A stretch of 64,000 nt of DNA from an uncultured Planctomycetaceae bacterium (GTDB lineage: Bacteria; Planctomycetota; Planctomycetia; Isosphaerales; Isosphaeraceae), in assembly GCA_963833985.1 (NCBI GenBank), contig CAWIAD010000001.1:448001-512000 (forward strand), given 5' to 3'. How positions within the stretch are numbered: the first letter of the stretch is position 1; each line of letters starts with the position of its first letter. The translations under genes and the position numbers were made by a program. Of the stretch, positions 1-10,712 are shown piece after piece. A model generated the notes under the pieces. The model had not been told where the DNA came from. It did not search any database and saw nothing but the letters and a program-made list of their open reading frames with translations.

Positions 1-42
1 TGGTCTCGATCCGATGCCCAGCGGCGTTCTCTCAGCCTTTGC

Positions 43-224
43 GGTGGGTTGCGCTGCGCTGAGCGACCCGACGAGTTCGCACTCTGTGGTCAGTTGTGTG
101 CTTGACCGTTCGCGCCCGCGCCCTCTCTCCACGCAAACTCCGGTAGGGTGGGTCAGCGCAGCGCAACCCACCAGTTCGCAAACCTTTACGGTGGGTTACG
201 CTGCGCTGCGCTGACCCACCCTAC
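43..224. repeat. Cluster of three GTAG-type REP-like palindromes (consensus GTAGGGTGGGTCAGCGCAGCGCAACCCACC)
   Basis: Full copy at 143-172, inverted copy at 190-224 ending CCCTAC, degenerate inverted copy at ~43-72. Stem is GGTGGGT/ACCCACC. The same family flanks the IS at 40860-40886 and 44585-44607. Confidence 0.8.
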
Positions 225-268
225 GAATTCGCACGGTTTCTTGGCGCTGTGTCGTGTCATTGAATAAA

Positions 269-792
269 TCAGTGCCCCAGGACCTCGAACAGCGCTCGGA
301 GCTCGTCCTCGACGGCTTCCTGGCTGGGGTCGCGGAGCGTGGCGGCCACTTCGGTCCGGAGCGCGGTGGCAAACCGCTTGCGCATCCGGTGCAACGTGAC
401 GCGGAGGTTGCTCTCGGTCATGCGCAGCTCCGCGGCGATGGCGGCGCGGGCGGGTGCATCGGGGTCAGCGGGCAAGAGCGGGCGGAGGCGGCGCAGGAAG
501 TGCTGGCAGTCGGCGAGCAGGAACGACCGGAAGCGGCCCCGCGCCGGGTCGGATCAGCCGCGGCGACCGTGCCCCGTTCCAGCAACCGGGCGAAGTACTC
601 CTGCGTCAGGTCCAGCGCCTGCTCGGGGCCGTTGCCGTTGCGGTGTACGTAGGCGTAGAGCGGCAACCAGTAGGCCGCACAGAGCTCGGCCAGGGCCGCG
701 CCGGCATCCGCATCCACCGCGCCGCCGGCCGCGATCACGCGGCTCCAGTGCGTCGTCCGAAAGTGGGCCGACCGGCCGGGCTCGTTGCTCAT
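269..792 (-). CDS. ECF-type RNA polymerase sigma factor (planctomycete type), frameshifted near ~540
   Basis: ORF 418..792 (FRTTHWS, LCAAYWLPLYAYV, ALDLTQEYFARLLE) joins ORF 269..475 (IAAELRMTESNLRVTLHRMRKRF, region 4 HTH). Confidence 0.8.
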
Positions 793-1067
793 GGATCACT
801 CAAGCCGACTGAACAACCGACGACCTGAGACATGATTTATGAACGGCAGCCGCATTCGAGCGCCCGGGCGAGACGCGTTCAAGCTGTTGGCACAGGAAGG
901 GCAGGGGCGGTCGCTCGGGGGTTGCCATCCCCGCCGCCCCCTGCTGGAATCGAGTCAAAGCCCGGGCGGACCGAGTGTGAAGCCAGGCGGCTCGGGCGCC
1001 GGCTCGCTTGCAGGCAGCGTGCGCAAACCGGGCCGCCGTCCTCGACCGTGAAAGGATCGTTCGAACC

Positions 1068-2362
1068 ATGGCCGCTCGCAACGTCGTCGTCGCCCAGTCG
1101 GGTGGACCCACCTGCGTGATCAATAACTCGCTGCGCGGGATCGTCGAGACCTGCCGCCGGCATCCGGACACCTTTGGCACCGTCTACGCCGGGCGGTTCG
1201 GCATCGAGGGCGTGCTCAAGGAAGAGCTGCTCGACCTCTCGGCCACGCCCGCCGAGGAGATCGCGCTGTTGCGGACCTCGCCGGCGGCCGGCAGCATCGG
1301 TACCTGCCGGTACAAGCTCAAGAAGGGACAGGACCTGGACTTCGAGCGGGTGATCGACGTCCTGAAAGCCCACGACGTCGGCTATTTCTTCTACATCGGC
1401 GGCAATGATTCGCAGGACACGGCGCACAAGGTCAGCCTGCTGGCGCACGAGCGCGGACTGAGCCTGGTGGCCACCGGAGTGCCCAAGACGATTGACAATG
1501 ACCTGGGCGATACCGAATTCCGCCTCCTCGATCACTCGCCCGGCTACGGCTCCGTCGCTCGCTATTACGCCCATTACATCCGCCAGGCCAACGAGGAAAA
1601 CGCAGGCTCCGCGCCCGCGGACCCGGTGCTGGTCATCCAGGCCATGGGACGGAAGATCGGGTTCATCCCCGCGGCCGCACGCCTGGCGGACCCCGAGCGC
1701 GCCATGCCGCTCCAGATCTACCTCGCCGAGTCAAAGCTGACGCTCGCTCAGCTTGGCGAGAACGTGATCCGTCAGCTCGAATCGCACGGCCGGTGCATCG
1801 TTGTCGTGAGCGAGGGCTTTGACGTCGGCGACCTGGGGACGATCCGCGACAACTTCGGCCACGTCATGTTCGGGTCGAGCCAGCAGACGGTCGCGCAGAT
1901 GGTCGTCAACTATCTGAACACGCTGCGGTTCCCCGTGCCCGGCAAGGCGCGCGGCCAGGTTCCCGGCACGGACCAGCGCAACGCCATCGCCTATGCCAGC
2001 ACCATCGACCTGGACGAGGCGTACGGCGTCGGCTGTCATGCGGCCGACCTCGGCGCCAGCACGGGAACGGCTGGATGGCCACCATCCTTCGCGACCGCAC
2101 CCGATCCAGCTACAGCGTGCATTACGACAAGGTGCCGCTGGAACAGGTGGCCAACTCGGAGCGGACGTTCCCGGAGCGCTGGATCAGCCCCAGCCGGATC
2201 GACGTCAGCGACGAGTTCCTGGACTATGCCCGGCCGCTCATCGGCGAAAACTGGGTGAGCGTTCCCATGGACCGGGGCCTCCCCCGGTTCGCCCGCATCA
2301 CACACCGGTATGCATCCAGGAAGCTGCCGGACTACGTCCCACAGACGTATCAGGAGGCCTGA
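1068..2362 (+). CDS. pfp: Pyrophosphate-dependent phosphofructokinase, frameshift near 2058
   Basis: VAQSGGPTCVIN, IGGNDSQDT and PKTIDND (Asp/Lys signature of PPi-type enzymes), MGRKIG. The C-terminus continues in ORF 2075..2362. Confidence 0.85.
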
Positions 2363-2395
2363 TGCAACAGGCAATGGAAGCCGTTGCGGCCGCTC

Positions 2396-3754
2396 TTACC
2401 CCGAACTCCCCGCCGGCTGGTTGGGTCCCGTCCCGGCTGCTTCCAGCCACCAGAGCCCGAAGAGTGCGGCCAGCAGCACCCAGGTGCCGTACGGCAGGAC
2501 GACGACCTGCACGGCTCTCCCCGCAAGGCCGCTGTGCTGCGACCAGTCCGCCAGGCGGATCAGCACACCGCCGCGCGGGAAGTTCATGACCAGGATGATC
2601 CCGGTCGCGATCCAGCGGTAAGCCGCCGCCCGCCTCCCCGTTTCCTGCCCGGCTTTTCGAACACAGTGGAAGAGGGGCAGCGCCAGGACGACCGTGTCGT
2701 ACATGCGGTGATAAAGAAAGAGGCATGAGTAAACGCAGAGCAGCACTGCCAGCCGGAACTCGTCGTCGTCGGTCCGCGCCCGCACGCGCAGCCGCAGCAA
2801 GCCGAAGCCGATGACGCCGAGGATGGCCAGTTGCCAGGCCGAGATCGCGCCTCGATCACGCAGCCCCAGGCAGAAGAGCCAGTGCTCCAGACCGAGGATG
2901 TCGTCGTGGAAAGGTCCGGAGAACGTGTAATCGTTGATCTCCCCGGTCTGGCGGGCCTGCTGGATGTTCGCCACCTGCCGGGCCACCATCGCTCGCGAGC
3001 TGGCGGGCGAATAGAGGCAGCAGCAAAGCCCGGCCAGGACGGCCGCGAAGGCAAGCCACGCCTTCCAGTACCGGCGGTTGAGCAGGAGCAGCAGAAAGGG
3101 AAAGCCGGTCGTGATCTTGATGGTGGCAAGCCCGAGCGCCGTACCTGCCGGCACTGTCCGGCGAAGCAGCAGTGCGGCGATCCCGGCGTAGATCCAGAAC
3201 GTGGCCCAGAGCACGAGCTGACCGGCGTCCAGCCCCCACGTTGTGGCTCCGGCGAGCACCAGGGCCAGCACCGCCGCCGAATCCGCGGGCCCGGACGCTG
3301 GCGCTTCGCCCGGTGCGCTGCGAGCGACGATCCAGCGAGAGAGGCGGACGATCCCGAACAGGAAAAGAAGGTTCAGGCCGTACCAGAGAGCCGCGGAAGC
3401 ACGCAATGGAAGCAGCGCGAAGAGCGCAAAGAGCGGCAGATTGGTGATGGGATACTGGTTCAGCATGCTGGCGTAGGGATCGGTTCCCCCGACGACCGCC
3501 GCGCCGACCTGGTGGTAGACCTCGAAGTCCCAGGAATCCTGCGTCGCGAGGAAGCACAGGCCCCGGACCAGGACGTAAAGTCCGGCGGCCGGGCCAAGCC
3601 ATCGCCGGACCCTGAAGGAATAGCCATGCTTCCAGAGCAGCACGACAGCCAGTGCGCCGGAGCTGATGCCAACGACCTTGTTGTTGGTAAGCAGCCAGAA
3701 GACGGCGCCGGCCAGGTCGGCCGGGCGCATGCCGGCGAAGACCAGGGGCGGCAT
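2396..3754 (-). CDS. Polytopic membrane glycosyltransferase, GT87/DUF2029-like
   Basis: WDFEVYHQVG..GTDPY..NQYP, GLDAGQL, LATIKI and YHRMYDTVVL motifs with many TM segments. Start chosen at ATG 3754 within ORF 2396..4015. Confidence 0.7.
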   Translation of the reverse strand: MPPLVFAGMRPADLAGAVFWLLTNNKVVGISSGALAVVLLWKHGYSFRVRRWLGPAAGLYVLVRGLCFLATQDSWDFEVYHQVGAAVVGGTDPYASMLNQYPITNLPLFALFALLPLRASAALWYGLNLLFLFGIVRLSRWIVARSAPGEAPASGPADSAAVLALVLAGATTWGLDAGQLVLWATFWIYAGIAALLLRRTVPAGTALGLATIKITTGFPFLLLLLNRRYWKAWLAFAAVLAGLCCCLYSPASSRAMVARQVANIQQARQTGEINDYTFSGPFHDDILGLEHWLFCLGLRDRGAISAWQLAILGVIGFGLLRLRVRARTDDDEFRLAVLLCVYSCLFLYHRMYDTVVLALPLFHCVRKAGQETGRRAAAYRWIATGIILVMNFPRGGVLIRLADWSQHSGLAGRAVQVVVLPYGTWVLLAALFGLWWLEAAGTGPNQPAGSSG

Positions 3755-4063
3755 GATCGAGGGAAGCCTCCGTGAAGTCGGCCCGGGCAAGCAATCCGTT
3801 GGACGACGCCCTGTCCGAAGGGCCGTGGGCGCCCGGGCGTGCAGGGTTGGGCAAGTCGTGGACTTATCTTGCAGCCGGCATCGTTGCCTGTCAACGTGTC
3901 CCCCCCCCGGGACGTCGGCCTGCCGGCTCAAGCGCGGGGTGGATGCACTGAGGACACCGGTGGTCGACGGGGTCAGCAACGATGGCGGTGACTCAACATG
4001 ACTCTCCAGCCGCACGAAGCCGGCGATGACCGCCTCGCACTAAACAGGTCCACACCACCTGGA

Positions 4064-4120
4064 AAGTGGGACAGCCGCCCTCGGCTGTCGTTCCCAGCCG
4101 AGGGCGGCTGGGCCACACTT
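4064..4120. repeat. REP-like inverted doublet (GTGGGACAGCCGCCCTCGGCTG / CAGCCGAGGGCGGCTGGGCCAC)
   Basis: Two short palindromes in inverted orientation in the intergenic region. Confidence 0.65.
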
Positions 4121-4151
4121 TCCCGTTTCAAAGCTTCTATTTACGATGGGT

Positions 4152-4550
4152 GCACGTGGCCATGAGCCGCGAAGGTCAGGACAAGCGGACCAGCGCCGTG
4201 CGGAATCGCGTGTATCGGCGAGGTGCTGGTCGGGCTCACGCCCGAGGTTGGGGGCTGCGCCCGTGAAAACCACGTACTGACGCACGTGGCCATGCGCCAT
4301 GCGCACCCGAGCGCCGGGACGTCGCTCTGGCGATACGTGTGATGCGCGGCTGGATACTGGTCGGGCTCACGCCCGAGGTTGGGGGCTGCGCCCGTGAAAA
4401 CCACGTACTGACGCACGTGGCCATGCGCCGCGGACCCGGGGGTGCCGGCGCACGTGGCCATGTGCCGCGGAACCGGGGGTGCCGGCGCAGGTGGTCATGC
4501 GCCGCGGACCCTGCGGTGCCGGCGCACGTGGCCATCGCCATGCGCTCCCG
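4152..4550. repeat. Composite direct-repeat array: 73-bp repeat x2 (period 131) plus 37-bp tandem unit x3 and a partial
   Basis: Identical 73-mer at 4226-4298 and 4357-4429. Units of GCACGTGGCCATGCGCCGCGGACCCGGGGGTGCCGGC start at 4413, 4450, 4487 and 4524 (partial). The core GCACGTGGCCAT also occurs at 4152 and 4282. Confidence 0.85.
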
Positions 4551-4823
4551 AGTGGCGGGCCGGCGGACCGCCGTGATTTGCTGCTGGGTGGCGGATCTCC
4601 TGCTCGGCACGCTTCCGTGCATTGCCGGCGTCGCGCTTGACGGTCGAGCGGCTTCGCGGCTGTTTCGAGCGGATTCTCTGGGGTGGAGCGGCCGGGGAAG
4701 CTGGCTTGCGGCCCGTCTGAACAACACAAGCGATTGACGGCCGGCCGTGGTAGAATGGTCGATCCCGAGAACCGAGACGACTCGGCCAGATTCACCGCTA
4801 ATCCTTGCTAAGGACCTGAGCAG

Positions 4824-6291
4824 ATGACCCGACCGGCCGCCACCGCCGACATCGGATTGATTGGTCTTGCCGTGATGGGCGAGAACCTCGTACTCAACAT
4901 GGCGAGCCACGGGTTCACCGTTGCGGTCTTCAATCGCACCACCTCCAAGGTGGACGCCTTCCTCGCCGGGCGGGCGAAGGAGCAGCCGATCATCGGCACG
5001 CACACGGTGCAGGAGCTCGTCTCCAGCCTCAAGCGTCCCCGCAAGATCATGATCATGGTGAAGGCCGGCGCGGCGGTGGACGAGGTGATCGGTGAGCTGG
5101 TTCCGCTGCTGCAACCCGGAGATATCCTCATCGACGGCGGCAATTCCCACTTCCCGGACTCCACCCGGCGCACCCGGGAGCTGAAGCAGAAGGGGATCCT
5201 CTACATCGGCACCGGTGTCTCCGGCGGCGAAGAGGGAGGCGCTGCGCGGACCGTCGATCATGCCGGGCGGGAATCCCGAGGCCTGGCCCCATGTGAAGCC
5301 GATCTTCCAGGCCATCGCGGCCAAGGTGGCCGACGGGACGCCCTGCTGCGACTGGGTCGGCCCCGAAGGCTCGGGCCACTTCGTCAAGATGGTCCATAAC
5401 GGCATCGAATATGGCGACATGCAGCTCATCTGCGAGGCCTATCACGTGATGCGGACGATGCTGGGCATGGAGCCCACCGCCATGCATGACGTGTTCGCAC
5501 GCTGGAACCGCGGTCCGCTCGATAGCTACCTGATCGAGATCACCCGCGACATCTTCGGCTTCATCGATCCGGAGACGGGCAAGCCGATGCTGGACCTCAT
5601 CCTCGATACCGCCGGCCAGAAAGGCACCGGCAAGTGGACCGTGATCGCCGCCTGCGACCTGGGCGTCCCCTTGACCCTCATCTCCGAGGCCGTCTTCGCC
5701 CGCGCCCTTTCGGCCCAGAAGGATGAACGCGTCAAGGCCTCGGGCGTCATCAAGAGCCACACGCCGCCGTTCCTCGGCAACCATCAAACGATGGTGGACG
5801 ACCTGGAACAGGCCCTTTACGCCTCCAAGGTCATCTCCTACGCCCAGGGTTTCAGCCTGATGAAGGCGATGGCCGACGAGTCCAAATGGGAGATCAACAA
5901 CGGCGCCGTGGCACTCATGTGGCGGGGCGGGTGCATCATCCGCAGCGCTTTCCTCGGCCACATCAAGGAGGCCTTCGACCGCAACCCGAAGCTCGAGAAC
6001 CTGCTGCTGGATTCCTACTTCAGCGCGGAGGTCACACGCGCCCAGGAAGGCTGGCGGCGGGTCTGCGCCGCCGCGATCAGCCACGGCATTCCCCTCCCCG
6101 CAATGACCTCCGCCCTGGCGTACTTCGACGGCTACCGCTGCGCAAACCTCCCTGCCAACCTGCTGCAAGCGCAACGCGACTACTTCGGGGCCCATACCTA
6201 CGAACGAGTCGACCGTCCGCGCGGCCAGTTCTTCCACACCAACTGGACCGGCCGCGGAGGTACGACGGCGTCCTCGACCTACAACGTCTGA
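4824..6291 (+). CDS. gnd: NADP-dependent 6-phosphogluconate dehydrogenase, frameshift (+1 G) near 5238
   Basis: IGLIGLAVMGENL, IDGGNS, GVSGGEEG(A)LRGPSIMPGG, HFVKMVHNGIEYGDMQ, GQKGTGKW, QAQRDYFGAHTY. Confidence 0.95.
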
Positions 6292-6679
6292 GCCAGCCGA
6301 GATGATCTCCAGCCGGTTCCCAGTCCGAGCCGCCCGTCCCGCGCTGCGCAGCTCAGAGGTCGGGGACCATGCGCCCGCTGGCGGCGAACCGAACTCTCCT
6401 CGTCGACGTATTGATGAATGCATCCCCGCGCTGGATGGCGCATTCAGCAAGGCCCAGGCTCGTCTTTATCGGTTGGCCGGGGGGCTCGTCCACATGTGGA
6501 CAAGAATCTCAAAATTCCGTGACAGCAGACGGCAAGCCATTCACGACTATAATTGAAACGTGGCGTCCGGGACGGAATGGATCCTCCCCGAAGTTCCTCC
6601 CGATGGCCCCGACGCGCCGGTTCGCTTCCCTGGCATGCTGCGTAAGTCCTTATGAAGTTCCAAGTTCGGTAAATTCGGC

Positions 6680-8086
6680 ATGAAGAACGTCGTCGTTTCC
6701 GATTCCTCCTATGTTTCCTCACTGACCGTCCCCGTGGAGGCCGGGCAGGCCCTGACCGCGCCGTTGCCCGGCGCGTCGGCCATGGAGCAGACCGCCGACG
6801 GAGACCTATCCGCGGCGGGCGATCCCCGAGGAACCGGCGTCGAGGCGGCCTCGGGATACTGGGAAGCGGTGGTCGGCTCGCGGATCGCCGACTATCACGT
6901 GGAGCGGTTCCTGGGCCGGGGCTCGATGGCACGCGTGTACCGGGCCCGGCACCTCGGGCTGCGTCGACTGTGCGCCTTGAAGATCATGGATCCGCGGCTG
7001 GTCAATGGCCAGCCCGCGTTTCGCGAGCGGTTCTGGGCGGAAGCGCGGGCCGCGGCCAATCTGAATCATCCGCACGTGGTGACGATTTTCAACCTGGGCG
7101 TGGATCGGGGCTACCACTTCATCGAGATGGAATATGTGCCCGGCGCCGTGAGCCTGAGGGACTGGCTGATCCGCCGGGGCCCCTTCCGTCCCTTGCAGGC
7201 GGCGAACCTGGCCAGGCAGGTGGCCCAGGCGCTGGAGGCGGCCCATCGTTCCGGGCTGGTGCACCGCGACGTGAAGCCGGCCAACGTGCTGCTCACCCCG
7301 CAGGGCAATGCCAAGCTCGCCGACTTCGGCCTGGCCGATCAGATCGTCGGCCTGGCGGCCGAGCGGATTGCGGGAACGCCCACCTTCATGGCACCCGAGC
7401 TCTTCCGGGGCGAGCCGGCCAGCCCGCGGTCAGACATCTACGCCGTGGGTGTGATGCTCTATTACCTGCTTTCCGGCCGGCTCCCCTTCGCGGCCAACAC
7501 CATCCGCGCCCTGATTCGCCTGCACCAGCAGCATCCGGTTCCCGAGATCCGCACGATCGTCGAGTCCATTCCCGATCGCCTGGCCGCCATCATCACGCGC
7601 TGCCTGGCGAAGGCGTCCGCGGACCGCTTCGCCTCCGGCATTGAGCTCGCCGACGAGCTGCGGCAGGTGATCCAGCAGCTTCGAGATACCGAAAGCCTGG
7701 TGCGGCAAAGCATGCAGGGCGTCGAGGGCCTGATCCAGGGGAGCCGCGACACCTTCCGGATCATCCTTCCCCAGAAGCGCGGGGAACGTCTCCAGGAGGT
7801 GATCGTCGAGGTGAATGAGGGGAAGGACAACGAGCGTTTCCTCTCCGTGTTCTCGGTCTGCGGGCCGGCCGACCCCATCCATTACGCCAGTGCGCTGGAG
7901 CTGAACGCCCGCCTGACCTACGGCAGCATTTCCATCCGCCATGTCCTGGGCAGCCCCATGTTCGTCATGTCGCGCACCTTCCCGCGCGACCGCGTTCGCG
8001 CCAGCGAGATCCGCGACGCCATCCTCGAGATCGCCCGCAGGTCCGACCAGATCGAGCAGCAATTGACGCAGCTCGACCAGTACTGA
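6680..8086 (+). CDS. Hanks-type Ser/Thr protein kinase with C-terminal YbjN/CesT-like domain
   Basis: LGRGSMARVY, ALKIM, HRDVKPANVL, DFG, GTPTFMAPE, DIYAVG. No TM segment. The ~130 aa C-terminal alpha/beta domain is assigned by resemblance only. Confidence 0.9.
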   Translation: MKNVVVSDSSYVSSLTVPVEAGQALTAPLPGASAMEQTADGDLSAAGDPRGTGVEAASGYWEAVVGSRIADYHVERFLGRGSMARVYRARHLGLRRLCALKIMDPRLVNGQPAFRERFWAEARAAANLNHPHVVTIFNLGVDRGYHFIEMEYVPGAVSLRDWLIRRGPFRPLQAANLARQVAQALEAAHRSGLVHRDVKPANVLLTPQGNAKLADFGLADQIVGLAAERIAGTPTFMAPELFRGEPASPRSDIYAVGVMLYYLLSGRLPFAANTIRALIRLHQQHPVPEIRTIVESIPDRLAAIITRCLAKASADRFASGIELADELRQVIQQLRDTESLVRQSMQGVEGLIQGSRDTFRIILPQKRGERLQEVIVEVNEGKDNERFLSVFSVCGPADPIHYASALELNARLTYGSISIRHVLGSPMFVMSRTFPRDRVRASEIRDAILEIARRSDQIEQQLTQLDQY

Positions 8087-8261
8087 GGCGGACTGTGTGG
8101 CGGAGTCTGACTCCGGGCCGCTGGCAAGGCCCGTCGGCCTGAGCCTGCTCGACGACGCTGGGTCTTGCCCGGCACCCCCGTTTCAGCGACAACGATCCTG
8201 GTCGCGGCCACGAGACCGCATCAAGATCGGCCATCCTCTGCTTGTTCCCGGAAACACGACC

Positions 8262-8718
8262 ATGCCCGCTGACGACCTCGGATCCGCTTCCGCCGGACTG
8301 GCGGCCGGGCTCACGTTGATCGCGCTCTTTCTGGGTTTGCGGCAATGGTACGAACGGCGCGCCAGGGAATCGGATCTCTCGCCCGCCGATTCCGTCCACT
8401 TCGCCCGTCAGGACATGCGTCGCCGCGCCGGCGTGGCGGTCCTGGTCGCCATCGCGGTCCTGGCGCTGGCCGGTTCGCAGGTCGCGCCGCGCCGGCGGCC
8501 GGGGCCACGCCCTGTTCGCAATCCTCTGGCTGACCGTGCTGGCACTGATCGTCGTGCTGCTCGTCCTGGCCCTGGTGGACCTGCTGGCCACCCGATCGTA
8601 CGCCCGCCGGCACCGCCGCGAGATGCTTCGCCAATCGATCGAAGCGATTCGCCACGACGCCCGTCAGGCATCTTCCCAAGCTGGGGACCAAGAGGATGGC
8701 AAGCCCGAGAGCCGCTAA
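8262..8718 (+). CDS. Small membrane protein (3 TM), frameshift near ~8500
   Basis: Hydrophobic helices in ORF 8097..8735 (from ATG 8262) continue in ORF 8536..8718 (LALIVVLLVLALVDLLATRSY). Confidence 0.6.
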
Positions 8719-8719
8719 A

Positions 8720-8989
8720 CCAAGCAGTTCCGTAGAAGTCTTTGGACAGGATTGCCGTTCGCTTGCCCGGGACTGAGGGCCAAGCCTGGCCGCTCTCCTC
8801 GTGGGGTACGATTCCAATCGTGCCATTCCATTCTCGTGGGGTACGATTCCTGTCGTGCCATTCCTGGTCCATCAGATCGAAGAAGCGACACGATTGGGAA
8901 TCGTGACCCACAAAGAGGGGCTTCCCGGCCATCCAGGATCGCATCAAACTGCTGAATGCCTGTCAAAGAACTATTGCGAACCTGCTTGG
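8720..8989. mobile_element. MITE-like element: imperfect ~31-bp terminal inverted repeats enclosing three REP-like palindromes
   Basis: Left end CCAAGCAGTTCCGTAGAAGTCTTTGGACAGG versus reverse complement of right end CCAAGCAGGTTCGCAATAGTTCTTTGACAGG. Internal GTGGGGTACGATTCC..TCGTGCCA at 8801 and 8836, inverted copy at ~8887-8911. Confidence 0.55.
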
Positions 8990-9142
8990 CCAGATGAGCC
9001 GGTTCCGTTGTGCACGCGTGGCTTGTAGCGGCCCTCAAGCCGGAACGGCGCTGGACCGGATCAGGCTGGGGGAGGCTGGCCATGGTGCTCCACGAGGTTT
9101 TCACGCAGGATTGACGGGAGCGGCCGATGACGGACGTTGGTA

Positions 9143-10372
9143 TCAGTGGTTTCCGCCCGCGTCGCTCCCCTCCGCGGGGCCCCGCGCCAGACCGCCTGGC
9201 GACCCCGGCCGGGCCGGGTCGTGGTCCTCGGCAGCCCGCTCGTCCTTCGGACCGATGACCCGAATCGGGAGGCCGCAGAGCGCGGCCAGAGCCTCCGCTG
9301 TGGCGAGGCAACGCTCTCCCCGGTCCTGCCCGGCCACCCGCCCGGAAAACGTCCGCGGCACCCCTCGATCATCGTACAACGTGATCTCGAACCGACCCCC
9401 CGAGAGGCCAACCGATCGGTAGGTCGAACCTCGGGGCCGGATCTTCAGCTCGCGCACGAAGACCGCCTCGAACTGATCGAAGTCGTAGCTCTCGTCCCAC
9501 CGCGACCCAAGGAACGAGCCCTGGCGCCGGACGAGCCGGCTGGGGAAGTCGATCACGACACGCGACCGGTACGATAGGGCCAGGGCGCCGGCGAGTGGCA
9601 GGACCGCCATGGCCACCAGATCGACCGTGGCCCTGGCGGCGGGGAGACCCTTGCCGACGGGCATGGCCTGGACGCCCAGGAAGATGGCGGCCGTCCCGGC
9701 GCACACGAGGGCCAGAGCCGCGACCCGTGCCCCTCGGGGGACACGCTGAATTTCCAGCACCGGGTCGACCGAACTCAGCCACTCCACCGCGTACGGCGGG
9801 CGGTCGGCGGAGGTGGGCCGGTCGGCCCAGCCCGTACAGTCCCGGAGCTTCAGGCCGGTGAACTCGACCAGGGCGCTGGCAAGCGCCGCGCGCCCGGGGC
9901 TGTCGTAACAGGCCGCGAGTCGTGCCAACAGCCAGAAGAGGGCGGCGGACGGGACCGGCCCGGGGTCATCAATGTCGAGGGTCGCGTCCGGCCCGACCAA
10001 GACGATGGCGAAGGGGCTGGGCAAATCGGGCTGCGTTCCCTTGAAACGACGCAACTCGATGGCCTGAAAGTCGGAGAACCCATGGCTCTTCTCGGCGATG
10101 GTCGCGATCAGCCGGGACCTGCGGGTGACGGTGCGTGAGCGCCGATCGAGGACGGTCTCCCAGCGGAGCAGGACCAATAGGGCGGCGAGCCGGAGACTGA
10201 ATGCCGAGCCAACGATGCCGCACCAGCCGGCGATCGCCAGGACGGGGCCGCTGTCGAGCACGAGGATCAGGCAGTGGGCGAGGACGATCAGGCTTGCGAG
10301 CAGCAGGCCCACGCCGACGAGCCGGACAGCCGGGGCGGGGCGTCGCACACAGAGTCGATCGAGATCCCGCAT
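9143..10372 (-). CDS. Hypothetical membrane protein with two similar (2TM + soluble domain) halves
   Basis: 409 aa ORF. ETVLDRRSRTVTRR...HGFSDFQAIELR resembles RVVIDFPSRLVRRQ...YDFDQFEAVFVR. Confidence 0.6.
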   Translation of the reverse strand: MRDLDRLCVRRPAPAVRLVGVGLLLASLIVLAHCLILVLDSGPVLAIAGWCGIVGSAFSLRLAALLVLLRWETVLDRRSRTVTRRSRLIATIAEKSHGFSDFQAIELRRFKGTQPDLPSPFAIVLVGPDATLDIDDPGPVPSAALFWLLARLAACYDSPGRAALASALVEFTGLKLRDCTGWADRPTSADRPPYAVEWLSSVDPVLEIQRVPRGARVAALALVCAGTAAIFLGVQAMPVGKGLPAARATVDLVAMAVLPLAGALALSYRSRVVIDFPSRLVRRQGSFLGSRWDESYDFDQFEAVFVRELKIRPRGSTYRSVGLSGGRFEITLYDDRGVPRTFSGRVAGQDRGERCLATAEALAALCGLPIRVIGPKDERAAEDHDPARPGSPGGLARGPAEGSDAGGNH

Positions 10373-10555
10373 TGCCCCGGACCTTCACACGGCGCCGGCC
10401 AACGATCGGCGAGCCCCTCAGAGTCGGAGCCCGTTCGGAGACCCTCGGGGGCGATGCCGGTGGTCTCCCTTGGCCTCTCCGAATGATCTCTACCGGCCTT
10501 ACCGCGATCGTAGCAACGCGGGCGCGACGGTGTCCATCGCACGCAAGCGTTTCCA

Positions 10556-10712
10556 GGGGGCACGAAGGGGCCACCCAGAGTTCAGGGTGGTGTGCGAGCC
10601 TTCCGCGTGGGATTCGGAGTCGTAAGGTGGCCTGGCAGCCTCGCTTGCTCTGACCGAGCCGCTTAGTGCCGTGTGCGGCTTGGAGGGGAATGCGGATGGC
10701 CCACACTGTGGC
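10556..10712. repeat. Tag-headed dispersed repeat, copy A (~155 bp)
   Basis: Begins GGGGGCACGAAGGGGCCACCCAGAGTTCAGGGT. Colinear and highly similar to 11736-11890, more diverged from 12967-13120. Confidence 0.85.

Noticed and set aside
4413..4535. CRISPR or TIGR-like array (37-bp period)
   Set aside because: The units are near-identical along their whole length with no variable spacer windows, and there is no associated effector gene.
4734..4756. Canonical -35/-10 promoter for gnd (TTGACG...TAGAAT)
   Set aside because: The spacer is only 11 bp. At most this is an extended -10 (TGGTAGAAT), too weak to list.
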